Source: Octopus vulgaris
Lineage: Eukaryota
Reading direction: 5' to 3'
NCBI GenBank assembly: GCA_951406725.2
Contig: OX597824.1
Span: 65,286,001 to 65,350,000, forward strand
DNA: 64,000 nucleotides
The stretch's first letter is position 1. Each line of letters begins with the position of its first letter. This document shows positions 41,002 to 54,961 of this stretch, in pieces. The translations under genes were made by a program, and so were the position numbers. The notes below the pieces were generated by a model. It saw only the letters and a list, made by a program, of their open reading frames with translations. It was not told where the DNA came from and searched no databases.

Positions 41002-44000
41002 TTCACACATACACACACACCTCCCTCCCTCCCTCAAGCTGTTTCTGTCCCTACTCGCCCAATTATGCTGTGAATGTTAAGTTCTCTGAAATCGGGTCCC
41101 ACTATTTTGTTTCATCTCTTCTTTGATCTGCTGGTAATTTACCCACAACCGGCCACTTACAATGCTTTTTTCTCTCAGCATGCATCATACATTGCCTTTT
41201 CCCTGCTTTCCCTTTTCCTCATACTCCACCAGATACTTCTAATAATCCAGTTACTTCCTTGTTTCATTTTCAGTCTAACCTATCAACTTCAGGTAAAATG
41301 TAGTTTGCTATTAACAATAGTAATGTATCTTTGATGATAAAAAAGAAATTGCCTCTATAAATATAATTTGTAATTAACTCAGCAAGATTAAAGTAATATA
41401 AGATGAATTTAGAAAGGCTATGACGAAATTTATATTCTGTATAACTTTAATAACAAAATTAGGTTATTTTAATTACTATTTTGGATCCACACTGGGTGGT
41501 TATTTTTTAAGGTGATTTATGTTATTAGTTAAAATAATTAGTGTTGGAAAGAGTATCTATGATATGTAAGTTCTTACCACAGCCTTAAGGAATAGTCTAA
41601 GTTAAAAATAGGATAAAATCTATTCTGACTTGTAAAAAAGCATCAATGAAAAGTGGTGGTGATGTTGGTAATAATAAAGATCGTGATTTTGGTATTATTA
41701 ATAGGTACAGTTGTGGCTGTATGGTAAGAAGTTTGCTTCTCAGCCACATGGTCTCATGTTCAGTCCCACTGCATGACACCTTGGGCAAGTGTTTTCCACT
41801 ATAGCATTGGGCTGACAAAAAGTCTTGTGAGTGAATTTGGTCGACTGAAATTGAAAGAAAACTGTCGTGTGCGCACATGTGTTACTGTCTCTTTGCCTTG
41901 ACCTGATGTAATATCTGTAAGCAAGTGTTAACATCATTCAAGTGGTGTCTTTCATTTCCAATTTTCTGTGAAAACGTGTCTAGGCATGGGAAATGAAATG
42001 GTTGAAAGTTGGCAACAGGAAGGGCATCTGGTTGAAGAAAATTTGCCTCACCAAATTCTGTCCAACCCATACAAGCATGATGGTGATGGTGATGATATTG
42101 TATTACATGACTACGAAATAGATAGCCTTTATAATAAAGCTTTCTTCAAATAAAAAACACAAAATATTGCACTTGAGGAAGCTCGTCATTTTAACTTCAT
42201 CCTTATTGAATAAAACTTTAGTTTGCATTTTATACTTCATATGAGCATATTTCTAAGTAGTTATAAAAACTGAAACAATATATCTCATGGTATATAAATG
42301 TTATTATTCTGAACAGCATTAAATCATAAATTGTCCACTTGAACTAAATTGTTTAGTGCATGAAATCTGTACTATGTTTCTTCAGTAATGTGTGTATGTC
42401 TATCAGTATTATAATGCTCATCATCAACATTTAAGCATGTTCTTTTATTTTATATTCTTTCATTTTATTCTTTTATTCTTTAACTGGTTTCAAGTTAGTG
42501 TACTGTAGCTATGTTGGAATGCTGAGGTTTTGTTGATCATACCTACTCCAGTATATATTTTAGCCTGATATTTATTTTATTGATTCTTGTGGCCACCAAA
42601 GGAAGAATTTATTTATCTCTGTTTTATCATGTGTTTAATTAAAATTTTTGACAATAACTCAACTCAATGCCTCTGTTTACACTTGTATATACTAACACAG
42701 AAACATACATGTGCACATACACACCATTGTTATATAGTAATAATACAGTAATAATTTCACACTGATCAGTTGGGTACATTATAGATCTGAGTTTGACTTA
42801 GATTTACAATTACCTCATCTGATAAGCAAGACACTATTATTCTTATTCAAATGCCTGAGTCATGACATTTATTTATACGTATGATTGTCATTAAACTATA
42901 TTGCACGTCATTACTATATTCATCCCAACTCTTTAATTTCTTTATACATACACACAATTCAAATTCATGCCAACATGTAAAGTGAACATAAAACTATAAT
43001 GGTAATGCTGATATGTATATGAGACAGGCTTCCACACAGTTTCCATCTACTAAATTTTACTCTTAAGGCATTTATCAACCTGCCACTATAATAGAAGACT
43101 GTTGCTCTGAGTACCACACATTGGGATCAAGCGAGGAAATATGTAGTTGTGAGGAGATTTCCTTAACCTCAAGGCTGCTTGCGCATGTGAAGAGACAGAA
43201 TATCTTACAGCTTTACTAATTTTTATAATGCGTATAAATTACATGACATGCACATGTGCATGTAGATGTGTGAGTAAAGTTGTAAATAAATATACATGTA
43301 CATATATATCTGTGTGTGTGAAATGTGTCTGTATGTATGAATATGTTGAATGTGTGCCTAGTCACATAAATATATGCATACACTATATACATTGTTTAAA
43401 CCTTAGAACCTTCACAAATGTTCCTTATCATTTTACTATTAATGGTGTTCTTATTCTTTTGCTACGGAAATGTCTAAATAAATAATAGCATGATCATACA
43501 GCCATATATTTTCTGTTTATCTATCTATATGAACATCTGTGTATCTATTTAAGTGTAAATTATCATTTATGTGTGTGTGTATGACTGAGTGTATGTGTGT
43601 AAGTAGTGATGTATCACTGTATGTGGTTTATGAAGAACGTGCATATCTTTGAGGTTTTCAACTTCCACAGATAATCTCCTTAAGTCAGGCATTAAGTTGT
43701 TAATAGTTACATCCAGCCTCTTGTCAACCCACACTGTTACATCCTCTGTAGTGCTGTATTATCTTCATACCATTAAGGAAACAACATAAATATTAGTCTT
43801 TATATCACATAACACTTGATCTAGATAAGATAAACTATTGCTACTAAGAGAAAGTTATTGAGATTAAACGTGTGCTTGTGTGTTTGTTGGGAGTGGAGTG
43901 ATGTAGGCAATGGGGAACTTGAGAAAGAGATGGAAGACTTCTAGGTAAAGAATGTAAAGTTGAATGTGCTGGTTCATTGGTGAATAGATTTATATATAGG

Positions 44001-44454
44001 GCTGTCTATTAATATAACAAGAAAGAAAGATATAGCTTTTGCTTAAATATAGTGGAATGAAATTCCCTTTATATATAATTCCCTTTATATAATAGGTTTC
44101 ATTCCTATAACTATAACAGTAAACATAGACTTGTGAAAATATACATATGTTACTCTCAGCTGTAAGATAAAATTCTGTAAAATGCTTGAAATATTTGGAA
44201 CGATTTTGTTTACTCCAATGGTAGAATTTATCCAGTTTAGTTAAGGTGTTGAATAATCTAGAAAGGACTTATGTTCTTGCATCTGAGCTGATACATCTCT
44301 TTCAACCATTGGTATTTTAAGATTACATTGCAGTGAATGTTCAGTGGTAAAGCCCGAAAACATGAATTGATTTTGTTTTTCTCTGCGGAGTGTGGTATGA
44401 AATGATAGTCAATATCTCTTCTTTTCTAGGAATCCTTCAGTTATGCTGGTTTAA

Positions 44455-44670
44455 CTCTTCAGCATCTAAACCAGCCACATCCAGCCCAAATATTCTGTGT
44501 GTTTTATGTTCAAACTGGCCAAATCTGGCCTCTCACACCTATCCTACAATGTCATTCTAAGAGGAAGCAGCCACATCATTGAAATCTATAAGTAACAAGA
44601 TAATGCATGATTAATTCAAAACAGTGTGAATAAATAATCATTACATTTGAGTAATCTGAATGCTAAAGGG
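44455..44670. mobile_element. piggyBac-type MITE (TTAA TSD)
   Basis: TTAA|ctcttcagcat ... aatgctaaaggg|TTAA; homologous to 21105-21315. Confidence 0.8.
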
Positions 44671-45030
44671 TTAAAAGAATTGTTCTTCTACGTATATGAC
44701 TGAAAGCCTTATTTAATTGTATCACTTAACCTGTTATTTTTATTTATCATAGTTCTGTTGAAATACACTACTCCTTCTCCTCTTCTTCATCATCATCATC
44801 ACCATCATCATCATACTAACAGAATTCCTAGAGGCATTATTTCCTTATAACCTGACATGTTTTCAAGAAAAATTGGAAATGGACAACGCCTCTTGTATAA
44901 TGGTGATACCTGCTTATAGCTATCACACAATGTGAGGATAAGGAGACACAAACATGTACCCCTCCCCATACACATGCATGCATATACAAACCTACCCATG
45001 TGCATACATGTACACGTATGCGCGTACGCG

Positions 45031-45062
<32 letters not shown>

Positions 45063-46447
45063 AACACACGTGCAGAGAGGCTTGTTTCAGTTTCTGTTTA
45101 CTCACAATGCTTTGGTCCACCAAGGGCTATGGTAGGAGACAATTTGTCCAGGGCACCATGCAGTGAGACTGAACCTGAAACCATGTAGTTGGGAAGCAAA
45201 CTTTTTAACCCCAGTCATGCTTCTACCTCTGTTTCTATTAATTTGGGAATAATTTAGTAAAATAGCTTTAATCATTAAGCTAGTTCTTGGTGCATAAATT
45301 AAGATGAAATTTTGATGGAAGGTTTTAATTTATAAAACCTTAAAATCAAGAAGCTTGTATCATAGAACCAGGAGTATCATAGAATTAGACTGGTTGATCT
45401 CAAAAGGGTCAAGATACTCTTTACATATTTTTTTCCTCTGTTGCTTTTAAATGAATCAAACTATTATTTGTTATCACCCACAGCCATTTCAGACATTAAA
45501 AGTTTAGAATTCCATGAAATTTATATATACCTTTATTATTAATTGAACTTTCTAACTTTCTATCATAAACATTTTATTGTTATTTTAATGAGGTGGATAA
45601 TGTTGATGTGGTTAAATGTCTTGCAGCTAGTGACAAACATATATTCATTCTAAATATAACCAAAGTCTTCTAAGTAAGAGACAGTTGAATTAATAGTGTT
45701 AGGACCAAAATGGAAAAAAGAAATTCAATGTCTTGTAACATGAATAAATATTTATTTATAATGAGAAAAACAAGTTTATCTGAGTTTATTACATATGCAC
45801 AAAACATGTGTCCTGCTAAAACTGAACTTGTAGATATTGATTGGTTATACATATACTAGAAAAGTCAGCTGTCTAGACATGGTAAGATCATGAGAACTAG
45901 ACAGATATAGTCTATATATTTTGATAGAACAGAATTAGAATATTGATATAAGTTATTTAATTATATTTTATTGTAGTTGATATAGAAAATGTAATTAGAA
46001 ATACTTATGCAGTGAAGAAAGGACAAACAACATTAGCTTAGTGACTAATATTATTTAAATCATTACAGTGAGGGAGACAAATCTGCACATGTTTCAGTTT
46101 TATTGGTTCTCCTCTGTAATGCATAGACTTGTTCATGTTGACACAGGCATAGTTGATAAGTGGATGCCAACAGACTATAAGTTAACGAAGAAGCTTCTTT
46201 TGCTTACTGTTACCAACTCCATTTGGGTTGTGATCTAATTCTGAAAAGATTGCAAAGACAAAATGTTTTACTTTAGAAATATTTGATGTGATGTAAAAAT
46301 GTTCATGAATATGTTATACAATGACATATAGGCAAAAGGGCTACAATACAACACTTACTCTAAACAAAAACTGAAGAATATTTTACCAAGAAAATTACCA
46401 AAGTTAAATGCATTTCTTGGGAATATGATGATCTATATATATAAAAC

Positions 46448-46510
<63 letters not shown>

Positions 46511-46619
46511 GTAGTACGCACTCCAGAAAAGTTAACAAGGAATTTTTTTTTTAAATCTCCTCACCCAAGTTAAAGAACTTATCTACGATTTTCAAGTGAA
46601 TAACATTAATTTTTTTTTT

Positions 46620-47051
46620 TGCATAAATATTTTGTAAAAGACCCATTCATAACTTTGGTGTAAAATACTACTTGTTTTGTCTGCTGGTACAAGTATCCCT
46701 GGAGCTTTTTTTTAAGTCAACAAGTAATTTTCTGATTTTCTGTTGATGTATATTACACCTTCTAGGGTACTTCCTGAATTTCACCTTCTTGACAATATTA
46801 TATAATTGTTCTTAAAATCTGGTTTGGTGTTGGTTTGTCAGTGGGTTCCTTCTAGATTTGAATACTTTCCTTAGTAGGTCACCATGTTCAGGTTTGTCAT
46901 TTGGCCTAAGCTCCTTGTTGAAAAAGAAAGCTTTCCACTGCATCTTTTGCGCAAATTGGTTTGTTTTCTCCAAAAGATCACGTATATAATCCTTCCTACT
47001 GGGGATAGGTATGTCCTTTAGCGAAACATTCAGTGTTATTTTATCCATCAT
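46620..47051 (-). pseudogene. Penelope-like element ORF, N-terminal fragment
   Basis: MDKITLNVSLKDIPIPSRKDY...KTNQFAQKMQWKAFFF...FKSRRNP..., then across frameshifts LYNIVKKVKFRK...ILVPADKTS. This is the SLKNIPIP / MRWKA.FF / ADKT signature found upstream of PLE reverse transcriptases; the RT itself is absent. Confidence 0.75.
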
Positions 47052-47233
47052 CTTGGTATGCTACTGTATAGCACCTTCTTCCTAGAAATCGGAAATTGGT
47101 TGTGGTTAATGGATAATAAAACGAATGGTTTACACCTGGTAGCTTACTGGTAAAGCACGGTCACTTTCAGAGTGATCGTTAGGTATATAGCAAATGAAAG
47201 ACAGAAGATGGAATATACGAGAATTTATTATTA

Positions 47234-47336
47234 ATCATGATAATTATTTCGACACATCTAGCATCGATTCCTCTTGTGGGAACTCAACAACTGGTTCAAG
47301 AGAATCCTGTGGTGCAGATGTATCTCATCAGATGAT
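47234..47336 (-). ncRNA. Type I hammerhead ribozyme upstream of the Penelope-like ORF
   Basis: Minus strand: stem I ATCAT - CTGATGA - stem II GATACATCT...AGATGTGTC - GAAA - palindromic stem III (ATAATTAT) - ATC cleavage triplet - ATGAT. All core nucleotides are canonical. Confidence 0.85.
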
Positions 47337-47592
47337 AAATAAATAAATAAAAACAACTTGTTAAAATGACCATTCCACATTGTAACTTACTGTTTTGTAG
47401 AGAGAAAAACAGCCTGACGGAGGAAAAATCTTCTTATATATAGATTAAAAATAAAATGGCAGAAGACAAAAAGAGAAACAATCATAAGCTTGACGCTCTA
47501 ACCGCTGAGCCACGTGCCTTCACACATATATATAATGTGTATATAAATATATGTATATATATATATATATATATATACATATGATGAGGATG

Positions 47593-47624
<32 letters not shown>

Positions 47625-47695
47625 GTATGTTTACATATATATACTCGTATGTATATATATATATATACACATGTATGTTTACATATATATACTCG

Positions 47696-47739
<44 letters not shown>

Positions 47740-47743
47740 CTAT

Positions 47744-48030
47744 AGCCTTGTGTCAACCAAAGCCTTGTGAGTAGATCTGGTAGACAGAAACTCAAAAAAG
47801 CCTGTCATATATTTGTGTGTGTTTGTGTGCCTACATTTGTACCCCACCATCGCTTGACAACCGATGTTGATGTGTTTGCGTCTCTGTAACTTAGCAATTC
47901 AGCAAAAGAGACTGATAGAATTAGTACTAGGCTTACAAAGAATAAATCCTGGGGTTGATTTGCTGGACTAAAGGCAGTGATCCAGCATAGTTGCAGTCAA
48001 ATGACTGAAACAAGTAAAAGAATAAAAGAC
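47744..48030 (+). mobile_element. SINE family A, 5'-truncated
   Basis: ccaaagccttgtgagtagatctggtagac...catcgcttgacaaccgatg...gcagtcaaatgactgaaacaagtaaaag. Confidence 0.85.
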
Positions 48031-49599
48031 TATGCCATTTTAATCCAGAGCAACGTCAGCTATCTCTGCAAGTAATAATATAAAAAAAGTGGAGAGTATT
48101 CCTGATTTGCTGAAATGGTCCATAATAGGGTAAAAACCAGGAACTGCTGCTCTGTGTTGTTGTTCAACATCTTGGTTTAATAGCTGAATATCTCTTATTA
48201 TATTCTCTGATCCCAAAGAATACATTAAACATTGTAGTCCTATATAGAGTGCATTGAATTATAGGGCTGCTCAGTCAGAGCTGATGTGGGACTAGTTAAC
48301 AACACAACCTATATATATATTAACCATTCAGTCTGTTGATATCCTTCTTTTCCCCCATTCACTTTTCCATGCTGGCATGGATTGGATCAGTTTTCTGCAG
48401 TCATGGATTGGATCAGTTTTCTGCACTAGTGTCTTATGGTTGAATACCCTTTCTGTTGCCAATCCTTTTAGTCTCCTCTTACAATACAATTTCTTATATT
48501 TTATTTCTATGTAAAAATCTTGTTATATTTTTTCCCACTGATTTATACTCTTTTCTTTAATAGTTTAAAGTTATTTTGCTATGTCTGGGAGAACCTAAAC
48601 AGCTAAGGTGATTCTGTTCAAATTTAAAGTGAATATCATTATATCTCCCAAATACCGCTTGTTTTTTTGTTTTTTTCTTTTATCAGATAATAAAATTGAA
48701 AACTATCATTCAGTACTAGTGATATGTTAGAAAGAAATAGGTGGGGGAAGTATTTTGTGAGCAACAGAATAGAGAATGGAAAAGGTTTTTCAATGTAAAT
48801 GAGCAAGGGAAGTGACAGTAGTTGAATAAAGAGGAATTTCAAGATATGGAAAAAGGCATGTTCATTATTTATTCATTACCTGTTATTTTGTATCATTAAA
48901 CTTTGGGCTTTTCTTAGATTTATATCTGATACATTCCTGACAATGATGTCTGTTAATTCCTGGCATGCTTTCTTGTAACTGTAGTCAGATGTGGGAGTAA
49001 TGAAGGGATGAATTTAAAAAAATTTTTACTGTTGGAAGAATATGGAGCTATTTTTAGAAATGTCACCTATCTCGAGCATACACATGCATCTGCACACACA
49101 TACACAGACATGCATGTTTACACATACATGCATGCATACACATGCAGGCATACATACATTGCATGCATACTCACAAGTATGTGTACATGTATCTGTCTGT
49201 TTATAATCAAACATGAAGACATTAACTTTCTACAGATTGACAAATGTGTGTGCGCATGAATGCATGTGTAAACACTTTAAGTTTAAACAAGGAGAAAAGA
49301 AGACTATTTGATACTGGAAAGGACTTGCGTAGTATATTCTATTGGAAACTGAAACTTTGCAAATCATTACTCCAAGTTTTTGTTTCAAATTTTTTTGGTA
49401 CAATTATGAAAAATGCAATGCATAAATGGTATATGATAGTAATATAGTGGAGATTTTTGAATATCGCAATAAGCTTTGGTTGCTAAAATAGAACAATAAA
49501 ATTGTATTGGTTGACAAAATAGCTGTTATTTAAAAAAGCAGGATGAGAGGATCTGCCAGTTAGAGGAAAAAAAAAGACAATCTAAAAATGTGTCTTTCA

Positions 49600-49826
49600 T
49601 CTTTGTCTTTTATTGCTTTCTAGTTTTAGTCATTGGATTGTGACTATGTTGGGGTACCACCTTGAAGGGTTTGGTTGAACAAATCAGCCATAATACTTAC
49701 ATTTTCTATTAAGTCTGACACATATTCTGTTGGTATTTTTTGCCGAACTGCTAAGTTACTGGGATGTAAACAAACCAACACCAGTTGTCAAGCAGAGGTG
49801 GGGGACAAACACAAAGACACACAAGC

Positions 49827-49878
<52 letters not shown>

Positions 49879-50020
49879 CATACTTCTGTCTTCCAGATCC
49901 ATTCCTAAGCCTGCCTTTGGTCAGCCTAGAGCCATAGTAGAAGACACATGTCCGAGGTGCCATACAGTGGAACTGAACCTGGAACTATCTGGTTGGGAAG
50001 CAAACTTCTTACAGACACAC
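49600..50020 (-). mobile_element. SINE family A copy
   Basis: ttttgccgaactgctaagttac...gccatagtagaagacacatgtccgaggtgcc...gttgggaagcaaacttctta. Confidence 0.8.
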
Positions 50021-51098
50021 TTGCACTTATATATATGCAAAAAAAATATGAATTCTTATATAGGCACAAGGCCTCAAATTTGTGGGAAGGGACCAGTTGA
50101 TTATATCAACCCAATATTAGACTGGTAACTGATTTTATGAATCTTGGAAGGATGAAAAGCAAAGATGACATCAGCAGGTTTTGAATTCAGAATGTAAAGA
50201 GCTGGCTAAGTAATAAAGCTCCATTGATTCTGCAAATCCTCTGCAAAATGTATATAAAAACATAAGAACAAAATACATACAGGAAACATGCATGTATAAA
50301 GATCTTTTGTAGAAAAAAAATATTTATAATCCAGATGTATAAAAAAACAAAACAAATCTGATTGCAAGGAAACTAAAAAATGTTAAATATTAATTAACAG
50401 AATTGTTTTTAATGAATCTTGGAAAATAGAGGTTGGGAAAAAAAAAAAGATGATCCCTCTGAAACTTCTTCATATTGTGTATGATATACCATTTTTATGT
50501 CCCATTTTTCATTATTGTTTGAAAATAAGAACTTGAGTAATATTTTATGAATTTTCAACTTCCATTAAAATTACTATAAGATGATAGATGATAAAGTGTT
50601 GATCGGTTGATAGCCCCCACCATGCTTTATGTTGTTCAGAGAGAAGGGAGAGAAAATAAGAGATGCAGAGAGAGTTAACACAAGAGGTATAAGATGAATG
50701 CCCATAAGACTTAGTAGCAGGCAATGATAACATTTTGAAAATACATTCTAATAAAATTTTGCAGATATCGGTACTTGATGGAGTAGATGGCTATTTTGTT
50801 GATAAAATATAGAAAAATAATGGCAAATATACAAATGAAAAATCTGTTTTATTTAATTTTATTTTAAACTAATACTTTTCTTTTGAAAAATAGTATTCAT
50901 TTCATCATTTTCTATAAGCACTGAGAAATTTGATAAAAGTTAAATTATAATTACTGCATGTATACTACATATCCTGATATTAGCCATGGTAACAAAAGTA
51001 TACTTCTAAAGTTATCTGTCATACAAAGGGTGACATGCCAGTATATATAAGTCCAGGAGTTAGCTGTTCATACACGCACACATACATACATACATTCA

Positions 51099-51134
<36 letters not shown>

Positions 51135-51293
51135 TAGATAGATAGATATGTATATGTATGTATGTATTGGTAACTGCGTAATTGGATAAATAATTTCTTT
51201 TAATAGAATTTAGTGGTTCAGTAACATATGTTTTGTGCAGTCAATATATTTGCACATAATCTATGGTATTGGATCGCTGAGTTCTATTAAAAG

Positions 51294-51345
<52 letters not shown>

Positions 51346-51350
51346 ATGTA

Positions 51351-51386
<36 letters not shown>

Positions 51387-52008
51387 CGTATGTGTATGTG
51401 TGTGTGAAGAGAGTGGGGGGAAAGAGATATGTACATTTGTAGGCTTGAAAAGGAGCTATTTTTTTTGCTCACTATTTTATTGTAATCGAAATTGCTAACA
51501 AGGCTTTCTATGTGTATAAAGAATCTGATGAGCTATCAAACTCATTTCTCTTGTGCCCTCCTGCAAGGACATTTCATTGAAATGTTGGTTTATACATTTT
51601 GCATCTGCGTTCATTATTTGTTTTCTATATCCTCTATTCCATTACTACTTGTTGCTCAGACAGTCTCTTCTCATAGTCCTTACCTTCCCTTTTCCCTGTC
51701 AACCACTCTCCTACTCCACACTGCTCTTTAAATGTAGCAGACATGTGATTCAGCCTTCTGTTCTATGCCAAATCCAGTCATCAATCATTCAGCGGAGACC
51801 AAGGGCTGAGGTGCTTAAGTTGCCGTGGCAACTGAAAGATGCCTGCAATTACAGCAGAGCTCATGGTTACAGTGCACTTATGAATCGAACAACTTGCATA
51901 TTTATGTTTGAGCGTGTATGCAGATCATATAAGAATATGTTTATGCACGTGTATAATGATATTTTTGTCTGGAATATTTGCACATGTCTGTTTGTGTGTG
52001 CATATGTA

Positions 52009-52050
<42 letters not shown>

Positions 52051-52500
52051 TATTTTCTCTTCATGATGTGAATGTATGTGTATGTAATGATGTTTTTGTG
52101 TGGAAATATGTACATGTGCTTATATGTACATACAAGACTTAGTGGCAGGCAAATGAGTACGCTTTGTGTGACACTATGTGTATAACAGTATATTGTCTGG
52201 AAACTACTTTCTTTTGAACGGTCTTACCTAGACATTAATGGTGATTCAAATATCAAATGAATAACCTTAAGTGTATTTGCAAGTGTGTGTGTGTGTGTGT
52301 TTTATTCTTCAAGGAACAATCATTAAAATACACACATTTTAATAATTGTTCCATGAAGAATAAAACTTACATTGTACTTAAGATTGTTGTGTGTAATCTA
52401 TCACTCACATTTTCTTCTATATGCGTGTGTGTGTGTGTGTGTGTGTGTGCACATAAATATTCATACGTAAATCTCTCGCTGCCTCTTCACTCACATGTGT

Positions 52501-52601
<101 letters not shown>

Positions 52602-52884
52602 GGTATGCACTTACACCTATTTGTGTAGATGGATGTGTAATTGGTGGTCACCCTGATACTCTGTTTAATAGAGATTGCTATTTGTTAGATGCTTTCCATA
52701 ATACATTTTTTCTAATTTCAAGGTATCTTTTTGTGGAGTTGTTTTAATGTTTAGGTTTAAACTGTCAGTGTATCCAGAGTACATAACCACAGAAATAGAG
52801 CACTTTATTACATATTTGTCTGAGAAGCTTAACTCACTGTACCAGAAAGAGGTTGGTCACCTCTCTAGCAATACCTTACTTCAA

Positions 52885-53103
52885 TACTCTTTACTCTTTT
52901 ACTCTTTTACTTGTTTCAGTCATTTGACTGCGGCCATGCTGGAGCACCGCCTTTAATCGAGCAACTCGATCCCGGGACTTATTCTTTTGTAAGCCCAGTA
53001 CTTATTCTATCGGTCTCTTTTGCCGAACCGCTAAGTAACGGGGACATAAACACACCAGCTTCGGTTGTCAAGCAATGCTAGGGGCACAAACACAGACACA
53101 CAA

Positions 53104-53134
<31 letters not shown>

Positions 53135-53302
53135 CATATATACGACGGGCTTCTTTCAGTTTCCGTCTACCAAATCCACTCACAAGGCTTTGGTCGGCCT
53201 GAGGCTATAGTAGAAGACACTTGCCCAAGGTGCCACGCAGTGGGACTGAACCCGGAACCATGGTTGGTAAACAAGCTCCTTACCACACAGCCATTCCTGC
53301 GC
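52885..53302 (-). mobile_element. SINE family A, best-preserved copy
   Basis: Minus-strand head GCGCAGGAATGGCTGTGTGGTAAGG...GGTTCCGGGTTCAGTCCCACTGCGTGGCA (A/B-box-like), then body, internal (TA)/(TG) tract and (AAAAGAGT)n tail; CpGs intact. Confidence 0.93.
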
Positions 53303-54551
53303 GCATTATTCTCCTCAATGTATAGATTAAAATTAAATTTAAGGATGTGGCTCTTCAGAGTTGTTTTATCATGTGCCATCATACTTTTTTAAAGATCAAC
53401 AATTGATAGACATAGAATAATATTGCAGAAATAAGATATCTGCTCAAAATTTCATTACCCTTAACTGCTGAAAGCATTTTTGTATTTCAACTTATCTTTT
53501 GTTGAGACAACATGACTTGCAGGAAATGCTAATTCTGTTTTTTGGTAGAAGATATTTAACATCATTATTGGTATAACCTTAAAATTTAATTTCACTTTTA
53601 AAGGATTAATAGATTATGCAAGCATATTAATATTACTCTACATTTATTTCAAACCAGAAATAATCTTGTCCAGCTAAGAGTTATTTAAAATAACTTATTC
53701 AGTAATATGCATATATTTTTATGTTTTTCTTTTCATTTATTTAGATTGGAGGAAACCATTGTGCTCATTATCCTTGCAAATAGCATAAGATGTTTGAGGA
53801 TAATAAAACCTGGGAGGACAACTAATACTTCTTAAATCAATTGTATTGTCATACACACACACATCTCCTGGGACACACTTCTTGTCAATATTTTGTCTAT
53901 GTATATTAAGTGTTTGTATGTTGGTATATTTAAATTCATGGTTTTGTTGGTTTATAACATGCTCATACACATGCATACTCATACGTTTATGTTTGTGCAT
54001 GTAGAAATAAATATTGGTGTTTTACTAGCAAAGGTATCATAGATGTTTAAATGTGTGTACTTTCGTTTAGCCTTTGTCAGTGCTGATTCAACAAGTTTAT
54101 CAAAAATTATACATTCATGACCACTATCATTTTGTACATCCATGCTGTGCTCTGAGGGATATTTGGATGCTATTTTCAGCAGGTTGAGTAACTACATATC
54201 AGATTCCTTTTTGGTTGTATTTGTGTATAATAATGTTCACTTGCTCCTTTGTTTTATGTCCGTTTTTCAATGCTTGCATGGGTTGGAAGAATATGTTATT
54301 CAAAGTGTTGTTTTATAGCTTGATGCTCTTCCTGATCCAGACCTATTTTTCAAGAGAGAAATCTCTTGTTCCAAATGGCTTTGACAGTACAAAGTGACTT
54401 AATGATTTATTGAGTGATACTGCTCACCTTAACTTTTGTACAGTGATAGCAGATGCAAACAGACACACAGATGCACATACATACATAATATTTACATACA
54501 TATGTGTGTATACATACATACATTCATACATGCATGCATGCATGTATATTA

Positions 54552-54740
54552 GAGTGAGCATATAAATGTGAAACAAGGTGGAAAAAATAGTACTTGAATA
54601 CCGGAGGTAGAGTAATATGCTTTATTAATAAAGCTTCAAAGACATCACAAAAACTTACTCAGAGTTTCACATTCCCATGAACAGGAAAATGCAACTCTGT
54701 AACAGTTTTTGTGATATCTTTGCAACTTTATTAATAAAGT
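54552..54740. repeat. Older, internally deleted copy of the adjacent palindromic element
   Basis: Shares the leader taaatgtgaaacaaggtggaaaaaa.agtact...ggtagagtaatatgctttatt with 54760-54835, and is itself an imperfect fold-back. Confidence 0.85.
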
Positions 54741-54862
54741 GTATATATGTATATACACCGGAGTAAACACATAAATGTGAAACAAGGTGGAAAAAAGAGT
54801 ACTCAAATACCAGTGGTAGAGTAATATGCTTTATTTAAAAGCAGCAGAAAATTCAACAAAAC

Positions 54863-54900
54863 CTGTTACTCTGAGTTTCACGTCCCCGTTCGTCGGACAG
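54863..54900 (-). ncRNA. Minimal type I hammerhead motif (U4C core variant)
   Basis: Reverse complement: CTGT CCGACGA ACG GGGA CGT GAAAC TCAGA GTA ACAG. Confidence 0.65.
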
Positions 54901-54923
54901 TTTTTGCTAGAATCTAGCAAAAA

Positions 54924-54961
54924 CTGTCCGACGAACGGGAACGTGAAACTCAGAGTAACAG
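54924..54961 (+). ncRNA. Minimal type I hammerhead motif (U4C core variant)
   Basis: CTGT CCGACGA ACG GGAA CGT GAAAC TCAGA GTA ACAG: stem I CTGT/ACAG, stem II ACG/CGT with a GNRA loop, stem III ACTC-A-GAGT, GUA site. Confidence 0.65.

Noticed and set aside
46432-46535. Helitron-like 5' end (TCTATATATATAAAA followed by (TG)n)
   Set aside because: Suggestive only; no 3' hairpin or CTAG end could be linked to it.
47150-47185. Second hammerhead-like motif on the minus strand (CTAACGA TCACTCT GAAA GTGACCGTG)
   Set aside because: The core is altered, there is no stem II between the motifs and no valid NUH or stem I; better explained as a simple hairpin.
48377-48426. 24-bp direct duplication catggattggatcagttttctgca
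   Set aside because: Local tandem duplication within a decayed repeat tail; no further structure.
51524-51550. CTGATGAG motif as a hammerhead
   Set aside because: No downstream GAAA or stems; the same applies to isolated CTGATGA hits at about 15354, 25066, 31958 and 37374.
53225-53302. tRNA gene
   Set aside because: The tRNA-like A/B boxes belong to the head of a multi-copy SINE; there is no complete cloverleaf or terminator.
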